In this document: piece by piece, positions 9,587-17,889 of the stretch
Layout of the letters: each line of letters opens with the position of its first letter
How positions within the stretch are numbered: position 1 is the stretch's first letter
Origin: an uncultured Muribaculaceae bacterium
GTDB lineage: Bacteria > Bacillota_I > Bacilli_A > RF39 > UBA660
NCBI GenBank assembly: GCA_964416365.1
Contig: CAYQDO010000001.1
Span: 4,050 to 68,049 of the forward strand
Direction: 5' to 3'
Length of the DNA: 64,000 nt
The notes under the pieces: model-generated
What the model saw: only the letters and a program-made list of their open reading frames with translations
Told to the model about the DNA's origin: nothing
The model's database searches: none
Translations under genes and position numbers: made by a program

Positions 9587-11236
9587 TTAAATTACTCGAA
9601 ATGGATCAGTCGTTGTCCCTGTTCCTGATACTATAGTATCAGAGGTTAGTGAAATACTGGCGCGAACTCCGTTGGAGTAATTCACGGCGTTATTGCCTAA
9701 ATATCCAGGCAAGTAAACAAAGAAAACGTATGCATTGCCACCTGAACTGCCCGGTGATAAAAGCCACCAGTTTTTGCTTGTATATAAATAATTTGTTGTA
9801 TTAGTTTTACCATTCACTAATCCCGCCAAGGCGGCTTCATCAGCAGTTATTAATCCGATTGGATAGGTTAATGCTCCATTTCCTATTGTTGTATCTGCTG
9901 AGGTTGTAAATCGATCATTTTTTAAGCCACATTTTAAAGTTGGAGTTTTATAATCAATTAAACGATAATACGCCGCATAATTTATATATACTCCTGTATT
10001 ACCATGTCCTGGGCCAGTTGCTACGCCTCCTACTTCACTTTCAAGTTGACGATCGTTACAAAATAAGTTATTTACCACTTGTGATTCAAATGATTTATCA
10101 GATATATTTGTTTGATACCAGTTGTCTAAGACAGTTTTGACATTTGTTGATGTTTCATTATATGTTGCAACTACTGAGGTTGTACCATTTCTTACTGTTG
10201 ATGCTACGCCATTTGCTCCGCCATACATATATCCCACATATTTAGCATCATTATTATAAGTAACATTCCAAGCTGATAAATCTATTTGAGTATTTTCACC
10301 AACATCATTCATTGTTTCATTTTGATTAAATTCCTCTTCTGTGCCATTATAAATAAGTCTGATTGAACTATCACCATTAATACGAATGATTTTCCATTGA
10401 AAGCCACCAAATAAAAGATTGTTATTTAAATATTCTTTATCTCCACGATAATAATAACTTACTCCATAGTCGTCAACTGTTGCATATAGACCATTTTCTA
10501 CAGTAGCTACCGATTTTATAAGACTTCCTTCTTCACCAGTTTCCGGCAATAAAACATATGTGCTTTGAGAAACAGCTACCTTTGAAAAATCAGGATTACC
10601 TTTTGCTCTGATGGTTATTTCTCCACCATCTTGAGATAATATTTTGTTTTTTAAACAGTTTTCTTCTTTGCATGGATCGACATATGTTTCAACTGTAATA
10701 TAAGCATTGATTTCTTTTTCTTTATCATCATCTTGAATATATGGGGCATTTAAAAAATAAATCTCTAAGGTATAAGTATGAATTTTACTTCCACCCGTTG
10801 GTGAAGTAAATATACCATGACCTAGACTTATTATTTTAGCTCCAGTTCCGATATTATTTAAATTATCGGTATCGGGAATTACAGCTCCATTATTACTAGT
10901 GTTCTCACTTATTAATTTATATTTTATAGCTGATTCACTGAAAGTATTAGATTCTACTACTAGATTAACTTGATAATTCATATCAAAAGGTGTTGTATTA
11001 TCTCCGGTTATAGTAAATATTTTAATGCTTACTGGATCATTAGTAGGAATTATGTTATTTACTTTGATATTTGCCCCACCATTATAAGCAATTTTCATTT
11101 TACCGCCAGAAATAGTAATCGTATCTATTGTTTCAGCATCTTCAAAATTAGCTGTAAAATAAGCATAAGAAATTGAGATAGATACTATCAGTATTAAAAT
11201 CAAACCTAACAAATATAAAATAATTTTATTTTTCAT
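9587..11236 (-). CDS. large secreted protein, paralog B, with the same N-terminal TasA-like domain, a different C-terminal half and a conserved C-terminal tail
   Basis: The track ORF starts at a TTG at 11281. The likely start is the ATG at 11236 (MKNKIILYLLG...ISYAYFTANFED). The C-terminal tail is GVRASISLTSDTIVSGTGTTTDPFRVI. Confidence 0.6.
   Translation of the reverse strand: MKNKIILYLLGLILILIVSISISYAYFTANFEDAETIDTITISGGKMKIAYNGGANIKVNNIIPTNDPVSIKIFTITGDNTTPFDMNYQVNLVVESNTFSESAIKYKLISENTSNNGAVIPDTDNLNNIGTGAKIISLGHGIFTSPTGGSKIHTYTLEIYFLNAPYIQDDDKEKEINAYITVETYVDPCKEENCLKNKILSQDGGEITIRAKGNPDFSKVAVSQSTYVLLPETGEEGSLIKSVATVENGLYATVDDYGVSYYYRGDKEYLNNNLLFGGFQWKIIRINGDSSIRLIYNGTEEEFNQNETMNDVGENTQIDLSAWNVTYNNDAKYVGYMYGGANGVASTVRNGTTSVVATYNETSTNVKTVLDNWYQTNISDKSFESQVVNNLFCNDRQLESEVGGVATGPGHGNTGVYINYAAYYRLIDYKTPTLKCGLKNDRFTTSADTTIGNGALTYPIGLITADEAALAGLVNGKTNTTNYLYTSKNWWLLSPGSSGGNAYVFFVYLPGYLGNNAVNYSNGVRASISLTSDTIVSGTGTTTDPFRVI
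10371..11172. repeat. copy 2 of the ~800-bp direct repeat
   Basis: Same as above. Identity breaks immediately 5' of ...gcataagaaat and 3' near ...tcaccattaatacg. Confidence 0.8.
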
Positions 11237-11284
11237 ATTTACCACTAGTATAATCATATCATTTTTCAAACTCAAAAACAATAA

Positions 11285-11305
11285 AAAAAGAGCTTACGCT
11301 CTACT
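11285..11305 (-). terminator. rho-independent terminator after efp
   Basis: On the minus strand, GAGCGTAAGCTC forms the hairpin followed by TTTTTTTAT. It overlaps the efp stop codon. Confidence 0.5.
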
Positions 11306-11854
11306 ATAATATTTACCATCTCTAGTAGTTACAATTATCTTTTCACCATTATTTATAAATAGTGGAACTTTAACTACTAATCCTGTTTCAATGGTAGCAT
11401 CTTTCATGGCATTACTTGTCGTATTACCTTTTACAGCATCAGATGTTTCTATTATTTCGTATTCGATTTTTTCTGGTAGATTTATGCCAATTATTGCATT
11501 ATTATACATTTGAATTTCAAGTTCTAAACTTTCTTTTAAATAAGAAATTTGATCTTCTAAAGTTTCTTTAGGTATTTCTAATTGCGAATAATCTTCAGTA
11601 TTCATAAATACATACATATTTCCTTGATTATATAAATATTGCATATTTAATTTATCAACATGAGCCTTTTCTAATTTAATATTAGTATTAAAAGTATCCT
11701 CAACTATTGATCCTGTTCTTAAATTTTTATACTTCATACGAACAAAAGCTGGTCCTTTACCTGGTTTAACATGTTGAAATTCAAGGATTAAACATAAATT
11801 ACCTTCGATAATAACAGTCATGCCATTTTTTACATCATTAATATTTATATTCAT
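11294..11854 (-). CDS. efp: elongation factor P
   Basis: MNININDVKNGMTVIIEGNLCLILEFQHVKPGKGPAFVRMKYKNLRTG is the EF-P signature, including the KPGKG loop. Confidence 0.9.
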   Translation of the reverse strand: MNININDVKNGMTVIIEGNLCLILEFQHVKPGKGPAFVRMKYKNLRTGSIVEDTFNTNIKLEKAHVDKLNMQYLYNQGNMYVFMNTEDYSQLEIPKETLEDQISYLKESLELEIQMYNNAIIGINLPEKIEYEIIETSDAVKGNTTSNAMKDATIETGLVVKVPLFINNGEKIIVTTRDGKYYSRA

Positions 11855-11864
11855 AAGTTATCAC

Positions 11865-12035
11865 CTATTTCTTTTCAATAAAAGTTTGTGTTTTATTACA
11901 ATTTTTACAGAATTTTTTTATTTCCAAACGATCTGGAGTTTTAGATTTGTTCTTTTCAGTTGGTCTGATAAAAAAACCACATACTGAACATTTTAATTCT
12001 AAATCATTTCTATTTTCAGTTTTTTTCTTACCCAT
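11865..12035 (-). CDS. rpmG: 50S ribosomal protein L33
   Basis: MGKKKTENRNDLELKCSVCGFFIRPTEKNKSKTPDRLEIKKFCKNCNKTQTFIEKK shows the Cys4 zinc ribbon and the PDRLE motif. AGGAGGAAG RBS precedes the internal ATG. Confidence 0.8.
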   Translation of the reverse strand: MGKKKTENRNDLELKCSVCGFFIRPTEKNKSKTPDRLEIKKFCKNCNKTQTFIEKK

Positions 12036-12092
12036 TTCAGTTCTTCCTCCTTCTTTTGACCTTAGTATTATAGCACAGTAAACCACCTAATA

Positions 12093-12290
12093 TCAAGAAT
12101 ATTTCCAGACATAAACGATTTTCTCTAGTAAATTATAATCATTACATTTTAGGCAAATTGTACTACCTGGATTCTTAATATCTTTGCAACAATTATCGTT
12201 ATAAGGAAAATCTTTCATTTTATAGTATGTAATCATACTAAATACTAGAAATATCATAATTAGAATGCTTAAAAAAGTTTTGCTATTCAT
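12093..12290 (-). CDS. small Cys-rich secreted hypothetical protein
   Basis: 65 aa with a signal-like N-terminus and 6 Cys. Confidence 0.3.
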   Translation of the reverse strand: MNSKTFLSILIMIFLVFSMITYYKMKDFPYNDNCCKDIKNPGSTICLKCNDYNLLEKIVYVWKYS

Positions 12291-12330
12291 TTTATCACCA
12301 CCCTAACTATACTAAAATTTTGAGTATTTT

Positions 12331-14316
12331 TCAATCAAAATAGTCTACAAACAAATTAGTAATTTCTTTTGATACTCTTGAATTTATGGGGTATCTATAA
12401 TTATTATTATTGTCATTTTTATAACTTATATTGGGACTTACTATCGCTATTGATATTTGGGGATTTTCAAAAGGAGCATACATAACATAAGAAGTTGTGA
12501 AAGTTTCTGTATCGACATTACCATCTAAATCAGTATCTAAATAAGAATCAGCAGTACCAGTCTTACCAGCTGATGTAAATTTATGATTGGTATAACTATA
12601 AGCAGTCCCAGTAGCATTAACAACTCTAAAACCTTCTCTTATGCGGTTTAAATATTTTAAATCTATTGGGGCCTTATTTAATACTTTACTTTGTTTTTCA
12701 TAATAGATACTGCCATCTTCATTTAATACATATTTTAATAAGGATGTTTCTTTTCTTTTACCAGTAGCGATGGTATTAATATATTGAATTAATGATATTG
12801 GTGTATAAGTGTCAAAATGTCCGACCGAGATATTTAATAGTTGATCTGGCGTATATTCAGTACCTTTTTGACCGGATATTTCTTTAGATAAATCAATACC
12901 AGTTAAAACTCCTAAGCCATAGGCTGCTAATACTTTGCGATATTCTTCAAAATAATCCTTTGTTACGTTAAGTTTAATACCTGGTTTATATTTTTCACCG
13001 GTTAAACCAATAGCAATTAAATATTGAAAGGTATTACTAGACATTTTCAAAGCATTAATATCATTGATAACTCCTATTTTAGTCCAAGAACATTTATCTT
13101 TTCCCCCGTATAATCTAATACAACGATCTTGGATTTTAGTATTTTCATTAATAAGGTTATTTTTATATCCAACACTAATGGTTGCTCCTTTAACAACACT
13201 ACCTAAATTATAGGAATTTAAAACATTATAATAAGAATAATCCAAAAATGTTTCATTTTCTTTGATTTTTTTGCCTATCAAAGACAGAATAGATCCATCC
13301 TGAGGATTACTGACCATAATATAACTTTCACCATAATATTTTGAGTTTAAAGCTTTTTTGGCATTAATCATTTCTTTTTTTAATATTTCTTCAATAGCAA
13401 TTTGCAAATTAATGTCGATTGATAAAACTAAATCTTTACCTCTTTTATAATTACTAATTAAAGTTAATCTATTATTTTTAACTTGATATTTAGCCTTTTC
13501 TCCTCTTAAGATTTCATCATATATATATTCTAGGTTGTTTATACCAACCCGGTCATTTAATTTATAATTTTTGTTTAAATATTCTTTTTTTAGTTCTTCA
13601 GGAATTCCTTGTTTATATGTTGATACAGTCCCAAAAACATCTCTCAAGATATCTTTATAGGGATAAACTCTTTCCCACGTAATATCAGTTCTAATTCCCT
13701 CTAAACTCAGTTCATTAATTAAAACATATTCTTCATTAGTAATGTTAGTTTTAATTATTTTATCTTCATAAGAATAACCATTATTCATTAAATAATAAAA
13801 ACTAGCTGCTTTATGATTAACTGTTTTTAACATCTCATCAGTAATTAGTTCTAGTTTTTTAGCAAATAATTCGTCACTGGTCATTTTTCTTTCTTCATAA
13901 TCTTTTAAAATACTTTGATTTAGTAAATTATCTACGCTTTCTTGATTTGTTAAATAAAAATATTTTTTAAAATAATAATCACTTATATTTTCGTTAATAT
14001 CAATATTATTTGCTAATATAGCGGCAATCTCCAATTCTTTCTTTGTACTTATATTTAATTTATTATATATGATGGATTTTACACCAATATTATCAACCAG
14101 AATATTACCGTTAATATCTAGAATTCTCCCACGAGGAGCAGTCATTCCTTCTAAATAAGCATGACTATTTTTATATATAATATTTGCATAAAAAGCTTTT
14201 TTATAAATACATAAATATGATAGTCTACCAATAATTATCATATTTATGACAATTAGACATCTTATTAAATTCTTTTTCATATTTTTAGTATAAGTAATTT
14301 TTATATACTTAAACAT
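12331..14316 (-). CDS. penicillin-binding protein 2 (class B transpeptidase)
   Basis: 661 aa, N-terminal TM, dimerisation domain, and a transpeptidase with the SVVK (SxxK) motif. Confidence 0.8.
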   Translation of the reverse strand: MFKYIKITYTKNMKKNLIRCLIVINMIIIGRLSYLCIYKKAFYANIIYKNSHAYLEGMTAPRGRILDINGNILVDNIGVKSIIYNKLNISTKKELEIAAILANNIDINENISDYYFKKYFYLTNQESVDNLLNQSILKDYEERKMTSDELFAKKLELITDEMLKTVNHKAASFYYLMNNGYSYEDKIIKTNITNEEYVLINELSLEGIRTDITWERVYPYKDILRDVFGTVSTYKQGIPEELKKEYLNKNYKLNDRVGINNLEYIYDEILRGEKAKYQVKNNRLTLISNYKRGKDLVLSIDINLQIAIEEILKKEMINAKKALNSKYYGESYIMVSNPQDGSILSLIGKKIKENETFLDYSYYNVLNSYNLGSVVKGATISVGYKNNLINENTKIQDRCIRLYGGKDKCSWTKIGVINDINALKMSSNTFQYLIAIGLTGEKYKPGIKLNVTKDYFEEYRKVLAAYGLGVLTGIDLSKEISGQKGTEYTPDQLLNISVGHFDTYTPISLIQYINTIATGKRKETSLLKYVLNEDGSIYYEKQSKVLNKAPIDLKYLNRIREGFRVVNATGTAYSYTNHKFTSAGKTGTADSYLDTDLDGNVDTETFTTSYVMYAPFENPQISIAIVSPNISYKNDNNNNYRYPINSRVSKEITNLFVDYFD

Positions 14317-14337
14317 ACAATAATATTAGGTGATAAG

Positions 14338-14589
14338 ATGAAATTTTTAATTGAAAACTATATCAGAAATCTAACTAAGGAAGATATTAATAACTTTGCT
14401 TTAAAAAACGCCATATATTTAAATAATAATGAATTAGATTTTACATATAGTTTTATCAAAAATAATTATCAGAAAATACTAAATAATCCTGAAGCTTTCG
14501 ATTATAGAAAATATAAAGAACGTTATTCGAGTGCTAATTATGAAAAGATAATTACTTTAATAAAAAAATATTCGGTTTATTTAAACTGA
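14338..14589 (+). CDS. hypothetical protein
   Basis: 83-aa ORF divergent from the PBP2 gene. No motif recognised. Confidence 0.3.
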   Translation: MKFLIENYIRNLTKEDINNFALKNAIYLNNNELDFTYSFIKNNYQKILNNPEAFDYRKYKERYSSANYEKIITLIKKYSVYLN

Positions 14590-14595
14590 ATATTT

Positions 14596-15255
14596 TTATT
14601 TTAAATCTGTGCCACCAAAGATACTAATATGATTTATATAGACCGTTGGATTCTTTTTGTTTTCCTTATAAGAATATTTATTAGATGTTCCTCCGAAAAT
14701 AGATACTCCTTCTGATTTTAAATTAACATCTTTTGGTAATTTAAGATCAATCCCACCAAAAACGGCTATACAATCAATAATAACATCTTCTTTGATTACT
14801 GCATTAGTTAAATCTAAATCCACTCCACCAAAAACAGCTATACAACTTGCTCCTTTAAACTGATCATTAATATTTTCTTCACAGCCAGAGAACACGCCTA
14901 TATAATTAGGACTATCATAACTAGTTTTCTTACAAAATTTAATTTTTGGTTTAAATACTAAATAAATCCCAATTGAAACTAGTAATAATGGAAATAATGA
15001 TTTACCTATAAATCCCCATGAAATATAATCTCTTGCTGCCATTAAAAATAATATGCCAATAATAGTTCCTAAAGATGCCGTCATTATATTTTCTTTTTTT
15101 ATTAAAGATATGACCGATGGAACAATAATAAATAAAGTCCACCAACCTTCAAAAAAGATCGTAAATTCCCATAAATTTATATTAGATCCTAAATATAATA
15201 ATCCTAAACTAATTAATACTATCCCAATAATAAGATATTTTTTTTGATTTTCCAT
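14596..15255 (-). CDS. LiaF-like / DUF4097-type membrane protein with C-terminal beta-repeats
   Basis: N-terminal TM helices, then repeated AVFGG(V/I)DL(D/K)L and SIFGGT units. Confidence 0.5.
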   Translation of the reverse strand: MENQKKYLIIGIVLISLGLLYLGSNINLWEFTIFFEGWWTLFIIVPSVISLIKKENIMTASLGTIIGILFLMAARDYISWGFIGKSLFPLLLVSIGIYLVFKPKIKFCKKTSYDSPNYIGVFSGCEENINDQFKGASCIAVFGGVDLDLTNAVIKEDVIIDCIAVFGGIDLKLPKDVNLKSEGVSIFGGTSNKYSYKENKKNPTVYINHISIFGGTDLK

Positions 15256-15263
15256 ATTGCCTC

Positions 15264-15794
15264 CTACATATTATTTATAACACATTCCGTAAATTTTTGT
15301 AATATGTCTTTTGTTTTTTCATCTATTAAAATATTATTTTTAAATAAAGTATGAACCGATGATATATAAACTTCAGGATGAGAAATGATACTGGCATCCA
15401 TACAGAATAAAATCTGTCTTAAATGATTTTGAGCTCTTACTCCCCCAAATCTTGACATAGAAGCACTGATAATGGCTACTTTTTTATTAGTAAAAACAGG
15501 ATTTTCTCCTCTCGAGAACCAGTCTAAAGCATTTTTTAAGGCCCCACTTATTGAATAGTTATATTTCGGAGTAGCTATGATAATTAAATCTGCATTAAAT
15601 AATTTTCCATTTAATTCTTTAATTATTTCTGGAAAATCACTTTGTTCTATATCCTCATTGAATAAAGGAATCTCTGTTATATCAATAATACCTAATTCTG
15701 CCTCTTTAGCTATTAATTTTTCAATTTCTTTTAAACATAAAGTATTATAAGAGTTTTTACGCAAACTTCCACTCATGGCCACAATTTTTTTCAT
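15264..15794 (-). CDS. NADPH-dependent FMN reductase (flavodoxin-like)
   Basis: MKKIVAMSGSLRKNSYN...ATPKYNYSISGALKNALDW. Confidence 0.7.
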   Translation of the reverse strand: MKKIVAMSGSLRKNSYNTLCLKEIEKLIAKEAELGIIDITEIPLFNEDIEQSDFPEIIKELNGKLFNADLIIIATPKYNYSISGALKNALDWFSRGENPVFTNKKVAIISASMSRFGGVRAQNHLRQILFCMDASIISHPEVYISSVHTLFKNNILIDEKTKDILQKFTECVINNM

Positions 15795-15804
15795 TTCATT
15801 CTCC

Positions 15805-16683
15805 TTATGAATTAAAGATATCATTAATTAAATTAGGGTTAAACTCTCTTTTCTTAATCATATCTATTTCATGCTTATATGGTGGTTTATCATTAACAAA
15901 AGGTGTTTCTAAAATTTTCGGAATATCTTTTAATTTTTCATGATAGATAATATTCATGAGATTTTCAAAACCTATAGTACCGTAACCAAGGTTGGCATGA
16001 CGATCTTTTTTAGTAGATATTAAATTTTTACTATCATTAATATGAATACATTTTACTTTTTCTAAACCTATTTCTTGATCAAATTTTTCTAAATAATTAT
16101 CAAAATCTGATATGTCTACTCCTGAATCATTTAAATGACAAGTATCAAGACAAACACCTATTTTTTCTGGGTAATGAACTCCAGTTATGATAGCTTTTAA
16201 TTCTGCATTGTTAATACCACATTCCGTACCTTTTCCAGCCATAGTTTCTAATAGAATCATAAAATCATCTTCTTTATTTAATACCTTATTTAAAGCATTA
16301 ATAATATTATTTATGGCATTGCTTCTATCTAAACTTAAAGCTGAACCCGGATGAATTACTAAGTATTTTACACCTAATGCTTCACAACGATCAATTTCAT
16401 TTCTTAAAAATTTAATACTAAACTCATATTTATTTAAGTCTATGTTATTTGCTAAATTAATAATATATGGAGCATGACAAATAATATTGTTATAATAAAT
16501 ATTATTCTCTTTCACTAATTTAATAGCTTCCTGAACTAAGTTGTAATCAATATTTCTTCTAATCGTATTTTGTGGTGCACCAGTATAAAACATAAAGGAA
16601 TTACCACCATAAGATATAATTTGTTTAACACAACCTAATAACTGCGATTTATTGAAACTAACGTGTGATCCAATTAATAACAT
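15805..16683 (-). CDS. nfo: endonuclease IV (AP endonuclease family 2)
   Basis: IGSHVS, ICHAPYIINLA, LETMAGKG and CLDTCH motifs. Confidence 0.85.
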   Translation of the reverse strand: MLLIGSHVSFNKSQLLGCVKQIISYGGNSFMFYTGAPQNTIRRNIDYNLVQEAIKLVKENNIYYNNIICHAPYIINLANNIDLNKYEFSIKFLRNEIDRCEALGVKYLVIHPGSALSLDRSNAINNIINALNKVLNKEDDFMILLETMAGKGTECGINNAELKAIITGVHYPEKIGVCLDTCHLNDSGVDISDFDNYLEKFDQEIGLEKVKCIHINDSKNLISTKKDRHANLGYGTIGFENLMNIIYHEKLKDIPKILETPFVNDKPPYKHEIDMIKKREFNPNLINDIFNS

Positions 16684-16711
16684 TTACTTCACCTATTTGA
16701 GTATAGTTGGT

Positions 16712-16740
16712 AAGCAAAAAAAAATCAAGAAATAATCTTG
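16712..16740 (-). terminator. rho-independent terminator after the pilin gene
   Basis: On the minus strand, AAATCAAGATTATTTCTTGATTT is followed by TTTTTTTT. Confidence 0.6.
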
Positions 16741-16742
16741 AT

Positions 16743-17207
16743 TTATGGCGTTGGCGTTGTAAATGATGTTGGGCAAGTATCGTTAATAGTCGTACTTGCT
16801 CCGGAAAAATTCGCTGGAGTTGATAATTTAGCATAAGTATAATCTTTAACACTAAAATATGTATCAGTTAAAGAAACATAAAATGTTGGTTTAAGTTTTG
16901 CATCTATAGTTACGATAACATAACCATGATATTGTGATGATTCACCCATCTCTAAATCGCTTCTTAAACTGTAACAGTATCCGTAAGTTTTTGAACGCTC
17001 ACTAGTTGTACCTAATAATATATCAGCTTGGTATGATTCTTGAGCTTTATTTAGTACTTTTTCGGCATAGATTTTAAATGTGCCTCTTTGAGCATCGCTC
17101 ATAGTGCTCATGACAGAAGGAATGGCAATAATCATAATTATTGCTAGAACAACCATAACTGCTAATAATTCTACGAGGGTAAAACCTTTATTATTTAACC
17201 TTACCAT
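16743..17207 (-). CDS. type IV pilin (ComGC/PilA-like major pilin)
   Basis: From the internal ATG at 17207: MVRLNNKG|FTLVELLAVMVVLAIIMIIAIP, a canonical prepilin leader with Glu at +5, preceded by an AGGAG RBS. Mature protein is about 147 aa. Confidence 0.8.
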   Translation of the reverse strand: MVRLNNKGFTLVELLAVMVVLAIIMIIAIPSVMSTMSDAQRGTFKIYAEKVLNKAQESYQADILLGTTSERSKTYGYCYSLRSDLEMGESSQYHGYVIVTIDAKLKPTFYVSLTDTYFSVKDYTYAKLSTPANFSGASTTINDTCPTSFTTPTP

Positions 17208-17229
17208 ATATACTCCTATCTTCTGCTTT

Positions 17230-17259
17230 ATTATAATTGAATTGACAATTCTTGTCAAT
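17230..17259 (-). promoter_or_regulatory. consensus sigma-A promoter with an overlapping perfect palindrome upstream of the pilin gene
   Basis: On the minus strand: TTGACA, 17 nt, TATAAT. The inverted repeat ATTGACAAgaaTTGTCAAT spans the -35 box and the spacer. Confidence 0.6.
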
Positions 17260-17260
17260 A

Positions 17261-17494
17261 CTAATTGATAATCTTAAAAATAGAATTTACAGTATCTAAG
17301 GTACCAACTACATTATTAAATTTAACATTTCTCATTTCCTGATTATGCTTTTTAAAACCACTTTGAAACATTTTATAATTATCTATAGAACGATTTAAAT
17401 ATTTATACCATTCAGAATTTTCTTTTAAATATTTCCCCATTTTTTTATCTTTATAAATTTTAAATTGTAATTCATAATCCATATTAATCACCAA
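17261..17494 (-). CDS. small hypothetical protein (YlbE-like)
   Basis: 77 aa, downstream of the YlbD-like ORF as in the Bacillus ylbD-ylbE pair. Sequence-level assignment is weak. Confidence 0.3.
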   Translation of the reverse strand: MVINMDYELQFKIYKDKKMGKYLKENSEWYKYLNRSIDNYKMFQSGFKKHNQEMRNVKFNNVVGTLDTVNSIFKIIN

Positions 17495-17843
17495 AAAACT
17501 TTGTAATAGGTCGAGGAGTTTTAGACGGCAAAGGATTTTTATTAATAGGATTTTTAGTAGTTAATTCTTGGATTACCCCAATGGCTTTTTGAGCATTATT
17601 AATGTACTTTTGGACATTTTCTAAATTGATCCCTTTTACTAAATTTGTCAGTTCATTTATTGGACCACTAGCTCGTTCCTCTTCCCTATCACTTTGATAG
17701 TATTTACTCCATACTTCATTATTTTCTCCATATATATCATAGATTTCATAAAAGTCTTGCCAATTATATTCTTTATTTATAACATAATTTAATAATTCAG
17801 GATGTCTGGCAATAAAGCTTCTAAATTCTTCTTTCTTAGACAT
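17484..17843 (-). CDS. hypothetical protein (YlbD-like)
   Basis: 119 aa. Synteny-based call only. Confidence 0.3.
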   Translation of the reverse strand: MSKKEEFRSFIARHPELLNYVINKEYNWQDFYEIYDIYGENNEVWSKYYQSDREEERASGPINELTNLVKGINLENVQKYINNAQKAIGVIQELTTKNPINKNPLPSKTPRPITKFFGD

Positions 17844-17889
17844 AAAAACCCCCTATGATATTTTATTCTCATAGGGGGTTATATATGTG

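Noticed and set aside
8649-11172. Interpreting the ~800-bp direct repeat as an insertion sequence or mobile element
   Set aside because: Both copies are in-frame 5' halves of two full-length paralogous genes. There are no terminal inverted repeats and no transposase.
7873-11236. Treating the large paralogs as sortase substrates because sortases are nearby
   Set aside because: Their C-termini lack LPXTG/NPQTN followed by a hydrophobic helix and a basic tail. The conserved ...DPFRV tail ends the protein.
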